Shown: one piece after another, positions 39,700-47,815 of the stretch
Layout of the letters: each line of letters opens with the position of its first letter
Numbering within the stretch: the stretch's first letter is position 1
Assembly (NCBI GenBank): GCA_964407105.1
Contig: CAYOUG010000002.1
Span: 76,003-140,002 of the forward strand
From: an uncultured Candidatus Saccharibacteria bacterium
Lineage (GTDB): Bacteria; Patescibacteriota; Minisyncoccia; Phycocordibacterales; CALRHW01
Length of the DNA: 64,000 bases
Direction of reading: 5' to 3'
The notes under the pieces: generated by a model
The model's database searches: none
What the model was told of the DNA's origin: nothing
The model's input: the letters and a program-made list of their open reading frames with translations, nothing else
Translations under genes and position numbers: made by a program

Positions 39700-40341
39700 T
39701 TAAAACCCCCTCTCATCCCCCTCATTCATAATCACAAACTCAATACCATTTTCAGCAAGCACCTTTTCAGGCACTTTGTGATAGCTTCCAATACGATCTT
39801 TTTGAAGCATTCCATCGTGCACCGAAAATGCTTTCTTTGGTTTTACCGCAAGCGCATATCGCACAGCGTCGGCAATTTTGCACCACGGCCCCGCCACAGG
39901 AAGCGCGAGAATGTCCACCGGCTTTTCTGGATTATGAAAAGAATCGCCGGGATAGAAAAGTTTGTTGTCTATAAAATATCCAGTATTTTGCACCTGACCA
40001 ATCTCCTCAAAAATTTCTTCGTGTTTTCCATCAAATGCTTCTATCGTCACGCCTTGTATTTCTGTCTGCGCTCTACCCTCCAGTATTTCATACGGCACAC
40101 CTATTTCATCAAGCTTTTTGCCTACGCCCGTGTTGGTGATCACGCGCGCCTGAGGATTGTGTTTGAGCACTTCTGTAAGAGAGTCGGTATGGAGATGGTC
40201 GGCGTGTTCGTGGGTAATGAGCACAATGTCTATGCCTGTGAGTGTGTTTTGTGCAACAGAAAAATTCCCCGGATCAGTGAGAATGGTGAAGTTGTTTGTT
40301 TTGATGAGGAGGCAGCAGTGGCCGAGTTTTTTGAGGGTCAT
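39700..40341 (-). CDS. MBL-fold metallohydrolase
   Basis: THEHADH, YPGDS, VHDG. Confidence 0.9.
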   Translation of the reverse strand: MTLKKLGHCCLLIKTNNFTILTDPGNFSVAQNTLTGIDIVLITHEHADHLHTDSLTEVLKHNPQARVITNTGVGKKLDEIGVPYEILEGRAQTEIQGVTIEAFDGKHEEIFEEIGQVQNTGYFIDNKLFYPGDSFHNPEKPVDILALPVAGPWCKIADAVRYALAVKPKKAFSVHDGMLQKDRIGSYHKVPEKVLAENGIEFVIMNEGDERGF

Positions 40342-40350
40342 GGGTATTTT

Positions 40351-41277
40351 TTATTGTATCTCAAGTTTCGGATATTTAGCATGCAAATTCTCGAGGTGTT
40401 GTTCGTGAGAGATGTCCGCAGTCTGGCACACATAGGAAAGTTTGCCGAGTATTATGTGAAGTGTGTTTTCGGATAATTTTACCTCGGTATATTTCTGAAT
40501 ACATATAACAACGTCTTTTGAATGAACGACGTTTTCTATAGGATCTGTTTTGAACTCGCAAGAATCGGTAAACACAACAATACTTTGGTAGACATTCTCG
40601 GGTATAGACGGCATGAGCAACTTAAGCGACACGATATGAGACCAGTTCTGCTTGATAGGATTATGAAATTGGAATTTATTTTTTCCACCGGGTCTCGCTT
40701 TATATAATGACTGGGTCCAATGTTCCTGATCCTTACCCCCGAATATCCATCCATTGTAATCCTTACTCTCAATCACAAATATACCAAACCTTGATACGAC
40801 CAAGTGATCTATCTGAGATGATCCGTTATGGTCCGAAGGAATTGTTAGATTATTGAAAATGAAATAGTCCTTATAGTTCAAACCTTCAGCAAGAATATGA
40901 GCAATCTCTTGCTCTCCATCAGTGAGTCCGTCCATGTAACACTTACAGCCATGTTTCTCGCTATTAATTTTTGCAATCTGGTCCTTGGTGGCGTATGCAG
41001 GAATATATAAATTATCTAACTTATCATTTTTTGGTTGACTCGTAAGTTTTCTAATAAGCCATATGATACCACCAAGTATCAATCCTAAAATTAATATTTT
41101 CTCCAAAACGGGGATCAAATTAGTAATAGCAAATGATACTGTGGATATTAATAAAACCAAAACAAAGACAACCCCAATTATAAAAATACCTTCAAATGAC
41201 CCAAAGGGCTCCTTATATTTTTTATAACGACGATGTCGATAATAGTATGGTTTTATGTAGTTACGATAATACCCCAT
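40351..41277 (-). CDS. Membrane-anchored NERD-domain nuclease-related protein
   Basis: Two TMs; GE..A, QIDHLVVSRFGIFVIESK, NPIKQN. Confidence 0.88.
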   Translation of the reverse strand: MGYYRNYIKPYYYRHRRYKKYKEPFGSFEGIFIIGVVFVLVLLISTVSFAITNLIPVLEKILILGLILGGIIWLIRKLTSQPKNDKLDNLYIPAYATKDQIAKINSEKHGCKCYMDGLTDGEQEIAHILAEGLNYKDYFIFNNLTIPSDHNGSSQIDHLVVSRFGIFVIESKDYNGWIFGGKDQEHWTQSLYKARPGGKNKFQFHNPIKQNWSHIVSLKLLMPSIPENVYQSIVVFTDSCEFKTDPIENVVHSKDVVICIQKYTEVKLSENTLHIILGKLSYVCQTADISHEQHLENLHAKYPKLEIQ

Positions 41278-41288
41278 TTAATTTTATT

Positions 41289-42689
41289 CTACTTCCCCTC
41301 TCCAACAATCTTTAGCCCCAACTCCTTCAGCTGCGCCACCGCTACCTCCGCCGGAGACTGCATCATCGGATCTCTACCCTCACCCGTTTTAGCAAAAGCA
41401 ATCACCTCGCGAATGTTCGGCTCGTTTTGGAGAAGCATTACAAGACGATCAAAGCCGAAAGCAAGGCCGCCGTGTGGTGGTGTACCTGAAGCAAATGCCT
41501 CAAGCATGTGGCCAAAGTTTTTTTCAATGCGCTCAGGTTCGTACCCCATAATTTCGAACACCGCACGAAGCATTGCAGGAGTGTGATTGCGAATTCCTCC
41601 ACCACCTATTTCAAATCCGTTGAGCACCATGTCGTATTGAGCAGCTACAATTCCTTCAATGTTTTTCTTGCCGAGCAGATCTGGCACAAACTCTGGCTTT
41701 GGTGCAGAAAACGGATTGTGTGTAAATGTCCACGCGCCTTCGTCTGTCTTTTCAAAAAATGGAAAATCTACAACCCAACAAAATGCGAGTTCGTTTGGAT
41801 CGTCTTTGTTCACGCGCAAGTCGGGCTTGTCGTTGCCATATTTTTCCATCGCTTCCTTGTATGAAAGTCGAGGAAATGGCGTCTGCAAAATCTTTTTTTC
41901 AGGATAGAGCGTGCGCACGAGCTCGGTAATCATCTTTTCATTCATTGCCATCACGTCTTCTTGCACGACAAAACTCATTTCAATATCTATCTGTGTAAAC
42001 TCAGGCTGTCGGTCGCCTCGTGTGTCTTCGTCACGAAAACATCGAGCGATTTGGAAATATCGTTCAAAACCAGCCGCCATGAGAAGCTGCTTGTATTGCT
42101 GTGGAGATTGTGGGAGTGCGTAAAATTTTCCTTGATCGAGGCGAGACGGCACGATGTAGTCGCGAGAACCTTCGGGTGTGGACTTTGTAAGGTTTGGTGT
42201 TTCTACTTCTGTAAAACCTTCGCGTGTGTAAAATTCGCGCACAAACTGAATTGCGCGATGACGATTGCGAATGTTTGCCTGCATTCTCGGGCGACGAAGA
42301 TCAAGGTAGCGATATTTGAGGCGAGTTTCTTCGTTGATATCGCGGCCGTCTGTGCCGACATCAAAAGCTGGTGTCTGTGCTTCGTTTAAAACGGCGATTT
42401 TTAGAATTTCAATTTCAAGCTCGCCATTAAGCTCGCCTGCTTTCACCATTTTTTCTGGACGCGGATTTACTTTTCCTGTTACTTCAATCACCCACTCGGT
42501 GCGTACAGTGTTGGCTGCCGCATGCGCTTCTGTGTGGTTTGGTAAAGCCACCATTTGCACTTTTCCAGAGCGGTCGCGCAAGTCGATGAAAATGAGTTTG
42601 CCGTGATCGCGACGAATATCCACCCAGCCTTTGATGAGGACTTCCGCACCGATGTGATTTTTAAGCTCGCCGATTAAAATTCTTTCCAT
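41289..42689 (-). CDS. aspS: Aspartate--tRNA ligase, short form
   Basis: OB fold, RLKYRYLDLR, LPQSPQ, CFRDED, PPHGG. Confidence 0.96.
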   Translation of the reverse strand: MERILIGELKNHIGAEVLIKGWVDIRRDHGKLIFIDLRDRSGKVQMVALPNHTEAHAAANTVRTEWVIEVTGKVNPRPEKMVKAGELNGELEIEILKIAVLNEAQTPAFDVGTDGRDINEETRLKYRYLDLRRPRMQANIRNRHRAIQFVREFYTREGFTEVETPNLTKSTPEGSRDYIVPSRLDQGKFYALPQSPQQYKQLLMAAGFERYFQIARCFRDEDTRGDRQPEFTQIDIEMSFVVQEDVMAMNEKMITELVRTLYPEKKILQTPFPRLSYKEAMEKYGNDKPDLRVNKDDPNELAFCWVVDFPFFEKTDEGAWTFTHNPFSAPKPEFVPDLLGKKNIEGIVAAQYDMVLNGFEIGGGGIRNHTPAMLRAVFEIMGYEPERIEKNFGHMLEAFASGTPPHGGLAFGFDRLVMLLQNEPNIREVIAFAKTGEGRDPMMQSPAEVAVAQLKELGLKIVGEGK

Positions 42690-42777
42690 GTTGTTGCGAT
42701 ATGGTTATTGCGTCTTTTGATTAAATATATGGTGAATAATAGCAGAAAAAAGTTCGAAACAGAATATCTTTTGTTGG

Positions 42778-42806
42778 TTGACATTTGGTGTAAGGGGTGT
42801 TATTGT
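42778..42806 (+). promoter_or_regulatory. sigma70-type promoter, cassette F
   Basis: TTGACA-17-TATTGT with extended TG. Confidence 0.7.
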
Positions 42807-42886
42807 ATTTTCAGATCGTGAGATGTTCTTGCGATAACCTCTGTGAGGTGCTACCTATTTTGGTGGCCAAGTATAAGGAGTCAGTG

Positions 42887-43138
42887 ATGATCATCAAGTG
42901 TGATAAAATTCCTGGTGACCGGTTTTTACGTCTGGTGGAATTCATTTTAGGAGCGGAGAACTTGGTTGATGAAAAGAACCAGGTTGTCAGCTTCAAAGGA
43001 GACATCAAGACTGATGAAGGGTGGTTCGCTGTCACTCTTGAAGTGAGAGACTGGTGGACTACAGAGAAATGGAGAAAGTATCGTGGGGTTTCGGAAAAGC
43101 TCCTTGTTAGGGTTTATCAAATCCTGAATCCATCCTGA
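42887..43138 (+). CDS. Orphan hypothetical protein, 83 aa (cassette F)
   Basis: TAAGGAG SD at 42874-42880; three-hairpin leader; terminator downstream. Confidence 0.6.
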   Translation: MIIKCDKIPGDRFLRLVEFILGAENLVDEKNQVVSFKGDIKTDEGWFAVTLEVRDWWTTEKWRKYRGVSEKLLVRVYQILNPS

Positions 43139-43154
43139 ATCCAACTCTTGCACC

Positions 43155-43201
43155 CCCCGCAAACAACAAAGACTTCGCGTCCGAGTTGTTGCGGGGTTTT
43201 T
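43155..43201 (+). terminator. Terminator of cassette F
   Basis: CCCCGCAA...TTGCGGGG TTTTT. Confidence 0.75.
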
Positions 43202-43230
43202 GTTTGGAAAAATTTATAAAATTACAAAAG

Positions 43231-43274
43231 AAAAAGCCTCACCCAGAAGCGGTGACGCTTTTCTGGGTGGGGCT
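43231..43274 (-). terminator. Terminator of cassette G
   Basis: AGCCTCACCCAGAA...TTCTGGGTGGGGCT with T tract on minus strand. Confidence 0.8.
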
Positions 43275-43297
43275 GTGATCAGCTCATGAGCTGAGGG

Positions 43298-43786
43298 TTA
43301 CGTTGCTGCATCGATGAAGGGCTGCCAGCGCTCTGTGAGGCCGGGGAAGATTTCGGCCATTCCTCCCATGAGCGCTGGAAGAGCATCGTGGATCGTTTTC
43401 ACGTCTTTCATGCGACACGCCTCCCTTCGCACCCTGCTGTCGTCGTATGAAGTGTAGATTCGTCCCGCCCCCACTCGTTCTTCAAAAGATGTACTGTAAT
43501 TCGCATCTTCTGGGGACGTAACGCAATTCACTGTCACATTCGAACCATTTTTACCGAAGGTTACCGACCATATGCACCTAGTGGAAGGAAAGATTCTTTG
43601 GAATCGCGGCCTTGCTTCCAATGCATAGTACTCCACAAAAACACGCGCACCCTCACACACCGGATTGAGACTTGGAGAGGTACCAACAAGTCCAATAAGT
43701 GTGTACACAATGTGATCAATCTCCTGCCTCATACGGTCGATATTTTTCGAACCACGGACCAGCTGATCGACGATGTTTTCGCTCAT
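43298..43786 (-). CDS. Orphan hypothetical protein (cassette G)
   Basis: GGAGGA SD, structured leader, own promoter and terminator. Confidence 0.68.
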   Translation of the reverse strand: MSENIVDQLVRGSKNIDRMRQEIDHIVYTLIGLVGTSPSLNPVCEGARVFVEYYALEARPRFQRIFPSTRCIWSVTFGKNGSNVTVNCVTSPEDANYSTSFEERVGAGRIYTSYDDSRVRREACRMKDVKTIHDALPALMGGMAEIFPGLTERWQPFIDAAT

Positions 43787-43791
43787 TCTAT

Positions 43792-43890
43792 CCTCCATCT
43801 CTGGAAGGCCCTCTCGGGCGTTGCGAATGGGTATCTCTACCCGTTTAGAACTACTGTACAGTATTATGTAGTATTTTATTTAAAAGTCAA
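43792..43890 (-). promoter_or_regulatory. Promoter plus triple GAGA-tetraloop leader, cassette G
   Basis: TTGACT-16-CATAAT; GGGTA-GAGA-TACCC, GCCC-GAGA-GGGC, CTTCCA-GAGA-TGGAGG. Confidence 0.7.
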
Positions 43891-43896
43891 TAGATA

Positions 43897-44910
43897 TTAG
43901 GATATGTTGAGCCCTACCTTCTCGCGCACCCCTTTCATCTTCACCTCTGCATGTTCATACATTTTCTCTCCGCCTTTTTTTAATATGTCTATCACACGCT
44001 TTGGATCTTTTGCAATTTCTTCACGACGAGTGCGAAGTGGAGCTACAAACGCAGAAATATTTTTCGTCAATATTTCTTTTGATTCTTTGTATCCAAGACC
44101 ACCTTTTTCATATCGCGCTCGGATGTCAGCGAGCTCGGCACCTTCATCAGCACCAGTCACACCGTTTACATTGCCGGCAAAAAGTTTGTGTAGTGCAAAG
44201 ACGTTACACGTGTCAGGATCTTTTGCCTCATCTACTCCCTTTGAGTCTGTAGGAATCTTCATTACACCTTTTTGAATTTCTTCGTCTGACGCAAAAAGGC
44301 CGATGGTGTTGCCATAGCTTTTACTCATCTTGCGACCGTCCGTGCCAGGGACAGTCATGACTTCTTTTAGAATGAGTGGCTCAGGAAGTGTAAACGTCTC
44401 GCCAAATATTCTGTTGAATTTTTCTGCTGTGTCGCGTGCGATTTCCAAATGCTGCTTTTGATCGGCGCCCACAGGCACGATATGTGCACCCGGAAGCAAA
44501 ATATCTGCCGCCATGAGAAGTGGGTAATCAAAAACGCCGACGTTTATTTCATGATTCTTCGCCTCCGCGTCTTTAAATGAATGCGCGCGCATGAGGTATG
44601 GCATCGTTGTGATGCAATTAAAAATCCACGTGAGCTCTGCGACTTGTGGCACGTCCGACTGCTTGTAGAGTGTTACTTTTTCTGGATCAAGACCAATGGC
44701 GAGGTAGTCTATGGCAAGGTCGAGTGTGTCGCGACTCAAGTCTGCAGGATTTTCTACTGACGTAAGAGCGTGAAGGTTTGCGATAAATAAATGGCTGTCG
44801 TATGTGTTTTGATTGTCCACAAACTGCTTCATCGCGCCAAAATAGTTGCCAATGTGTGGCCGGCCTGTTGGCTTTACACCAGACACAAGAATCTTTTTTT
44901 GCTTGTTCAT
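43897..44910 (-). CDS. trpS: Tryptophan--tRNA ligase
   Basis: SGVKPTGRPHIGNY, YPLLMAADIL, VPVGADQKQH, KMSKS; ATG 44910. Confidence 0.97.
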   Translation of the reverse strand: MNKQKKILVSGVKPTGRPHIGNYFGAMKQFVDNQNTYDSHLFIANLHALTSVENPADLSRDTLDLAIDYLAIGLDPEKVTLYKQSDVPQVAELTWIFNCITTMPYLMRAHSFKDAEAKNHEINVGVFDYPLLMAADILLPGAHIVPVGADQKQHLEIARDTAEKFNRIFGETFTLPEPLILKEVMTVPGTDGRKMSKSYGNTIGLFASDEEIQKGVMKIPTDSKGVDEAKDPDTCNVFALHKLFAGNVNGVTGADEGAELADIRARYEKGGLGYKESKEILTKNISAFVAPLRTRREEIAKDPKRVIDILKKGGEKMYEHAEVKMKGVREKVGLNIS

Positions 44911-44971
44911 TATGAATAAAATAATAGCAGAATGTGAGGGGTTTTGAAAGTAGAATACACGTATTTTATTT

Positions 44972-45006
44972 AAAAAAGAAAGGCTTCGAGTACATCGCGA
45001 AGCCTT
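44972..45006 (-). terminator. Terminator of cassette H
   Basis: AAGGCTTCG...CGAAGCCTT with T tract on minus strand. Confidence 0.75.
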
Positions 45007-45040
45007 AGGTGAGATCGGGAGAGATGTTTGTTCAGAAAGA

Positions 45041-45520
45041 TCACTCCAGCGAATCAGTCTTGAGTTTCTCAACCATCAACTGGAGTGAGATATCAAAGGT
45101 GACCTCGTAGAGAATCTCACAGAACAAAAGGTGGAGTTCATCGTCGCAGAACGACCAAAACTCACTGAATTCACGCTCCTTCCACTCCTGGACCACGGAG
45201 TCGATTTGGCCAGCCGCATGCCAGCCCCTCATAAGCAAACCCGTAGCAACTCGAGCCAGGGCGCCGACATGAATTGGACGCTCCTCATACAGAAAGGCGG
45301 CTAATGTCCAGCCGTTGCTGTACCACACCATTTCCTTGATGCGGTTGATCATTGTTTTTCTGTAGCGGTGAACGAGCCACTCAAAGGCAAGTTCACCGCG
45401 ACAATTTTGAGAAATTTGATCTGTGAGTTCACCAAGAATGTGTGGGTCATTCCGAAGAATGTGCTCCATAACTTCATGCGCTAGTGAATTTCGCCTCTCT
45501 AGAGAAATACGGTGTACCAT
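45041..45520 (-). CDS. Orphan hypothetical protein (cassette H)
   Basis: AAGGAG SD 5 nt before ATG; own promoter and terminator. Confidence 0.68.
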   Translation of the reverse strand: MVHRISLERRNSLAHEVMEHILRNDPHILGELTDQISQNCRGELAFEWLVHRYRKTMINRIKEMVWYSNGWTLAAFLYEERPIHVGALARVATGLLMRGWHAAGQIDSVVQEWKEREFSEFWSFCDDELHLLFCEILYEVTFDISLQLMVEKLKTDSLE

Positions 45521-45546
45521 AGAGTCTCCTTGGGGTGTGTCTGTTT

Positions 45547-45594
45547 ATGTACTGCGCAGTACATTTTATATCACAAAAAACTATATTGTGTCAA
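45547..45594 (-). promoter_or_regulatory. Promoter with 18-bp palindrome, cassette H
   Basis: TTGACA-18-TATAAA (extended TG); ATGTACTGCGCAGTACAT at predicted TSS. Confidence 0.65.
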
Positions 45595-45641
45595 TATTAT
45601 TGTACATATAATAAAAGCTCAGACGAAAAGCTTTTTAGAAA

Positions 45642-45729
45642 TTGACTCTATTTGGATTGGTTTGTTATACTGTATTCACAGTGCCGAAAGGCTTCGAGAA
45701 ACCCCGCCATATGGTGGGGTTTCGATTTT
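45642..45729 (+). ncRNA. ORF-less promoter-hairpin-terminator unit (candidate ~50-nt sRNA, unit I)
   Basis: TTGACT-18-TATACT (extended TG), GCC-GAAA-GGC, GAAACCCCGCCA/TGGTGGGGTTTC. Confidence 0.5.
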
Positions 45730-45782
45730 ATAAGAAGGATTTTAATTTTTCCTTATAAAGAAAGTCTAAAATTTTGTTAAGG

Positions 45783-46577
45783 TTATAAATCTATTAAACT
45801 TTTCACTGCTCGCTCATGTCGCACCGCGTGACTTTCACCATATACCACAAATAAATTTTTTCCTTCATTCCAGAACTTTTCTATTTGTTTAAGAATGTGT
45901 GCGTCACGAAAAACATCGTCTTCGTATCGCGACAGTTCATTTATTCTACTTGTTGTTTTTGTGGGGTTTATAACACTGACAAAAAAATTTGCATCGTTTT
46001 CATTAAAATCTTTATCAAACCACTGTTTTTGAAGTGTAATCATGTGTTCTATAGAGAAATCAAAATCAGACCAACCGCTATTTTCTTTATCGCGAGCAAG
46101 TGAGCGTTTAAGATATTCTCTAAATGTATATTTTTTAGTGATATGTCGATTCCATTGATACGCCATTCGAGCAAATTCGTAATAAATAATTTCTTCTTTT
46201 GTAAACTTTTTAAGTAATTCTTCAAAACGATATTTTTCTGGAGGTTCTGGAGAAAAAGTTTCAATTCCCTCTTTGTTTGCATGGTAAGTAATAAAATTTG
46301 CTTCTGCGCCACACTCAAGCGCTTCAAGCTCAGAGTTATACACCTTACGTTTTCCACCCTCAACAAACACAACACAGTTTTGTTTCTTTGTTTTTTCTAA
46401 AAACTCAGCCCAAAATGTGCGCAAGATTGAATATTGTGGATCGTTTGGATCACACGAGTGGTTGGCACCAAAATAATACAAAAATTGATCACCTTTTTGA
46501 ATTGAATATGTGTATGGAACCGGATGACGATCAAGTTTGTTGTATTCGTCAAAGCCCATAAGGTGTTTTTCGATCAT
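45783..46577 (-). CDS. Hypothetical protein (possible TraB/Tiki-like fold)
   Basis: FGANH, FVEGG, RDAHI, VVYGESH pattern. Confidence 0.65.
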   Translation of the reverse strand: MIEKHLMGFDEYNKLDRHPVPYTYSIQKGDQFLYYFGANHSCDPNDPQYSILRTFWAEFLEKTKKQNCVVFVEGGKRKVYNSELEALECGAEANFITYHANKEGIETFSPEPPEKYRFEELLKKFTKEEIIYYEFARMAYQWNRHITKKYTFREYLKRSLARDKENSGWSDFDFSIEHMITLQKQWFDKDFNENDANFFVSVINPTKTTSRINELSRYEDDVFRDAHILKQIEKFWNEGKNLFVVYGESHAVRHERAVKSLIDL

Positions 46578-46592
46578 ATTTCTTTGATTAAC

Positions 46593-47681
46593 TTAAACCC
46601 CCTCACCCTTCAACTGCTCAATTAATTTTCTTGCTTCTTTAGAAAGTTTTTTAGGTAGATCGATATGCACGCGAATGAGTAGATCGCCACGGCTGGATTT
46701 TCCTGTAGGTACGCCCTTACCTTTTACGCGAAGTACTTCGCCGTGAGCCACGTTTTCTGGTGTCTTTACGGTAATGTCGCCGTCGAGCGTATGAATAGTG
46801 TGACTTGCACCAAGGAGTGCATCGGTGAGTTTTACATTTAAATCCATCACAAGACTACTGCCGTCTTTGCGAAATGTTGTGTGTCGTTTTACGTGGATTT
46901 TTATATACAAATCACCAGCGGTGCCGTCCACAATCGCTTCGCCAGCGCCCGTCATGCGAATCATTTCTCCATCATCAATACCAGACGGAATCTGTACTTC
47001 AATTTCGTTTTGTTTTTTAAGTACACCTTCGCCACGACATTCTTTACACGTATCTTTTGGGGTTTTACCTTTTCCGTGACATGTCTCACACGATCGTTCG
47101 GTGGCGATTGATCCGAGGATCGTGCGTTTTACATCACGAATACTTCCTTTGCCGTTACATGTTTTGCATGTTAGATATTCTGTGTTCGGTTCGCCACCTT
47201 GGCCTTTGCATCGGCTACACACAGATGTTTTGTTTAGTAAAATTTTTCGAGTGACACCGAAAACAGATTCTTGAAACGAAAGCTCGATGTCGATAGAAAT
47301 ATCTCGGCCACGTTTTGTTTGTTGTCGTCGCCCGCCACCAAAAATGTCACCGAAAATGTCTCCGAGATCAAAACCATCGAAGCCCTGACCACCCTGAGTA
47401 AATTGTGAGAAATCGAAACCGCCGAAGCCCCCTTGGCCTCCAAAGCCACCCGCGCCACCGCCGCCAGCTCCACTGAAGGTACGGCCATACGCATCGTACT
47501 CAGAGCGTTTTTGCTCGTTTGAGAGCACGCTGTATGCTTCGTTTACCTCTTTAAACTTCGCTTCGTTACCTCCTTTTTTGTCTGGATGATATTCATGCGC
47601 GAGTTTACGAAACGCTTTTTTTATTTCGTCTTGTGATGCGTCTTTTTTTACGCCCAGTGTTTCGTAATAATCTTTTGACAT
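46593..47681 (-). CDS. dnaJ: Chaperone DnaJ
   Basis: HPD J-domain, G/F region, four CxxCxGxG. Confidence 0.97.
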   Translation of the reverse strand: MSKDYYETLGVKKDASQDEIKKAFRKLAHEYHPDKKGGNEAKFKEVNEAYSVLSNEQKRSEYDAYGRTFSGAGGGGAGGFGGQGGFGGFDFSQFTQGGQGFDGFDLGDIFGDIFGGGRRQQTKRGRDISIDIELSFQESVFGVTRKILLNKTSVCSRCKGQGGEPNTEYLTCKTCNGKGSIRDVKRTILGSIATERSCETCHGKGKTPKDTCKECRGEGVLKKQNEIEVQIPSGIDDGEMIRMTGAGEAIVDGTAGDLYIKIHVKRHTTFRKDGSSLVMDLNVKLTDALLGASHTIHTLDGDITVKTPENVAHGEVLRVKGKGVPTGKSSRGDLLIRVHIDLPKKLSKEARKLIEQLKGEGV

Positions 47682-47701
47682 TGTTAAAGTTTTATAAGAA
47701 A

Positions 47702-47815
47702 AATTTTTTAAAATATATCTTTCTCCGGGTACGGATTTTTTGAAGCTTAAAAAATCCTGAAGCTCTCGCGCCGTCGCGCTCGAGACCCCCTCCGAAAGAC
47801 ATATTTGAAAAAATT
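47702..47815 (-). other. Multi-stem structured element between dnaK and dnaJ
   Basis: Long closing stem enclosing two hairpins (47733-47757; 47764-47785). Confidence 0.65.

Noticed and set aside
44911-45072. N-terminal extension of trpS in the ORF track
   Set aside because: It runs across the cassette H terminator; homology begins at ATG 44910. The same applies to the ftsW extension (33122-33199).
6562-45729. Classical integron attC explanation for the cassettes
   Set aside because: The units are dispersed, carry their own promoters, show no consistent RYYYAAC/GTTRRRY ends, and no integrase is present.
47727-47790. Hammerhead ribozyme resemblance (GGGUA..CUGAAG..GAGACCC)
   Set aside because: The core deviates (CUGAAGC and GAGA instead of CUGANGA and GAAA) and the stem I register does not fit.
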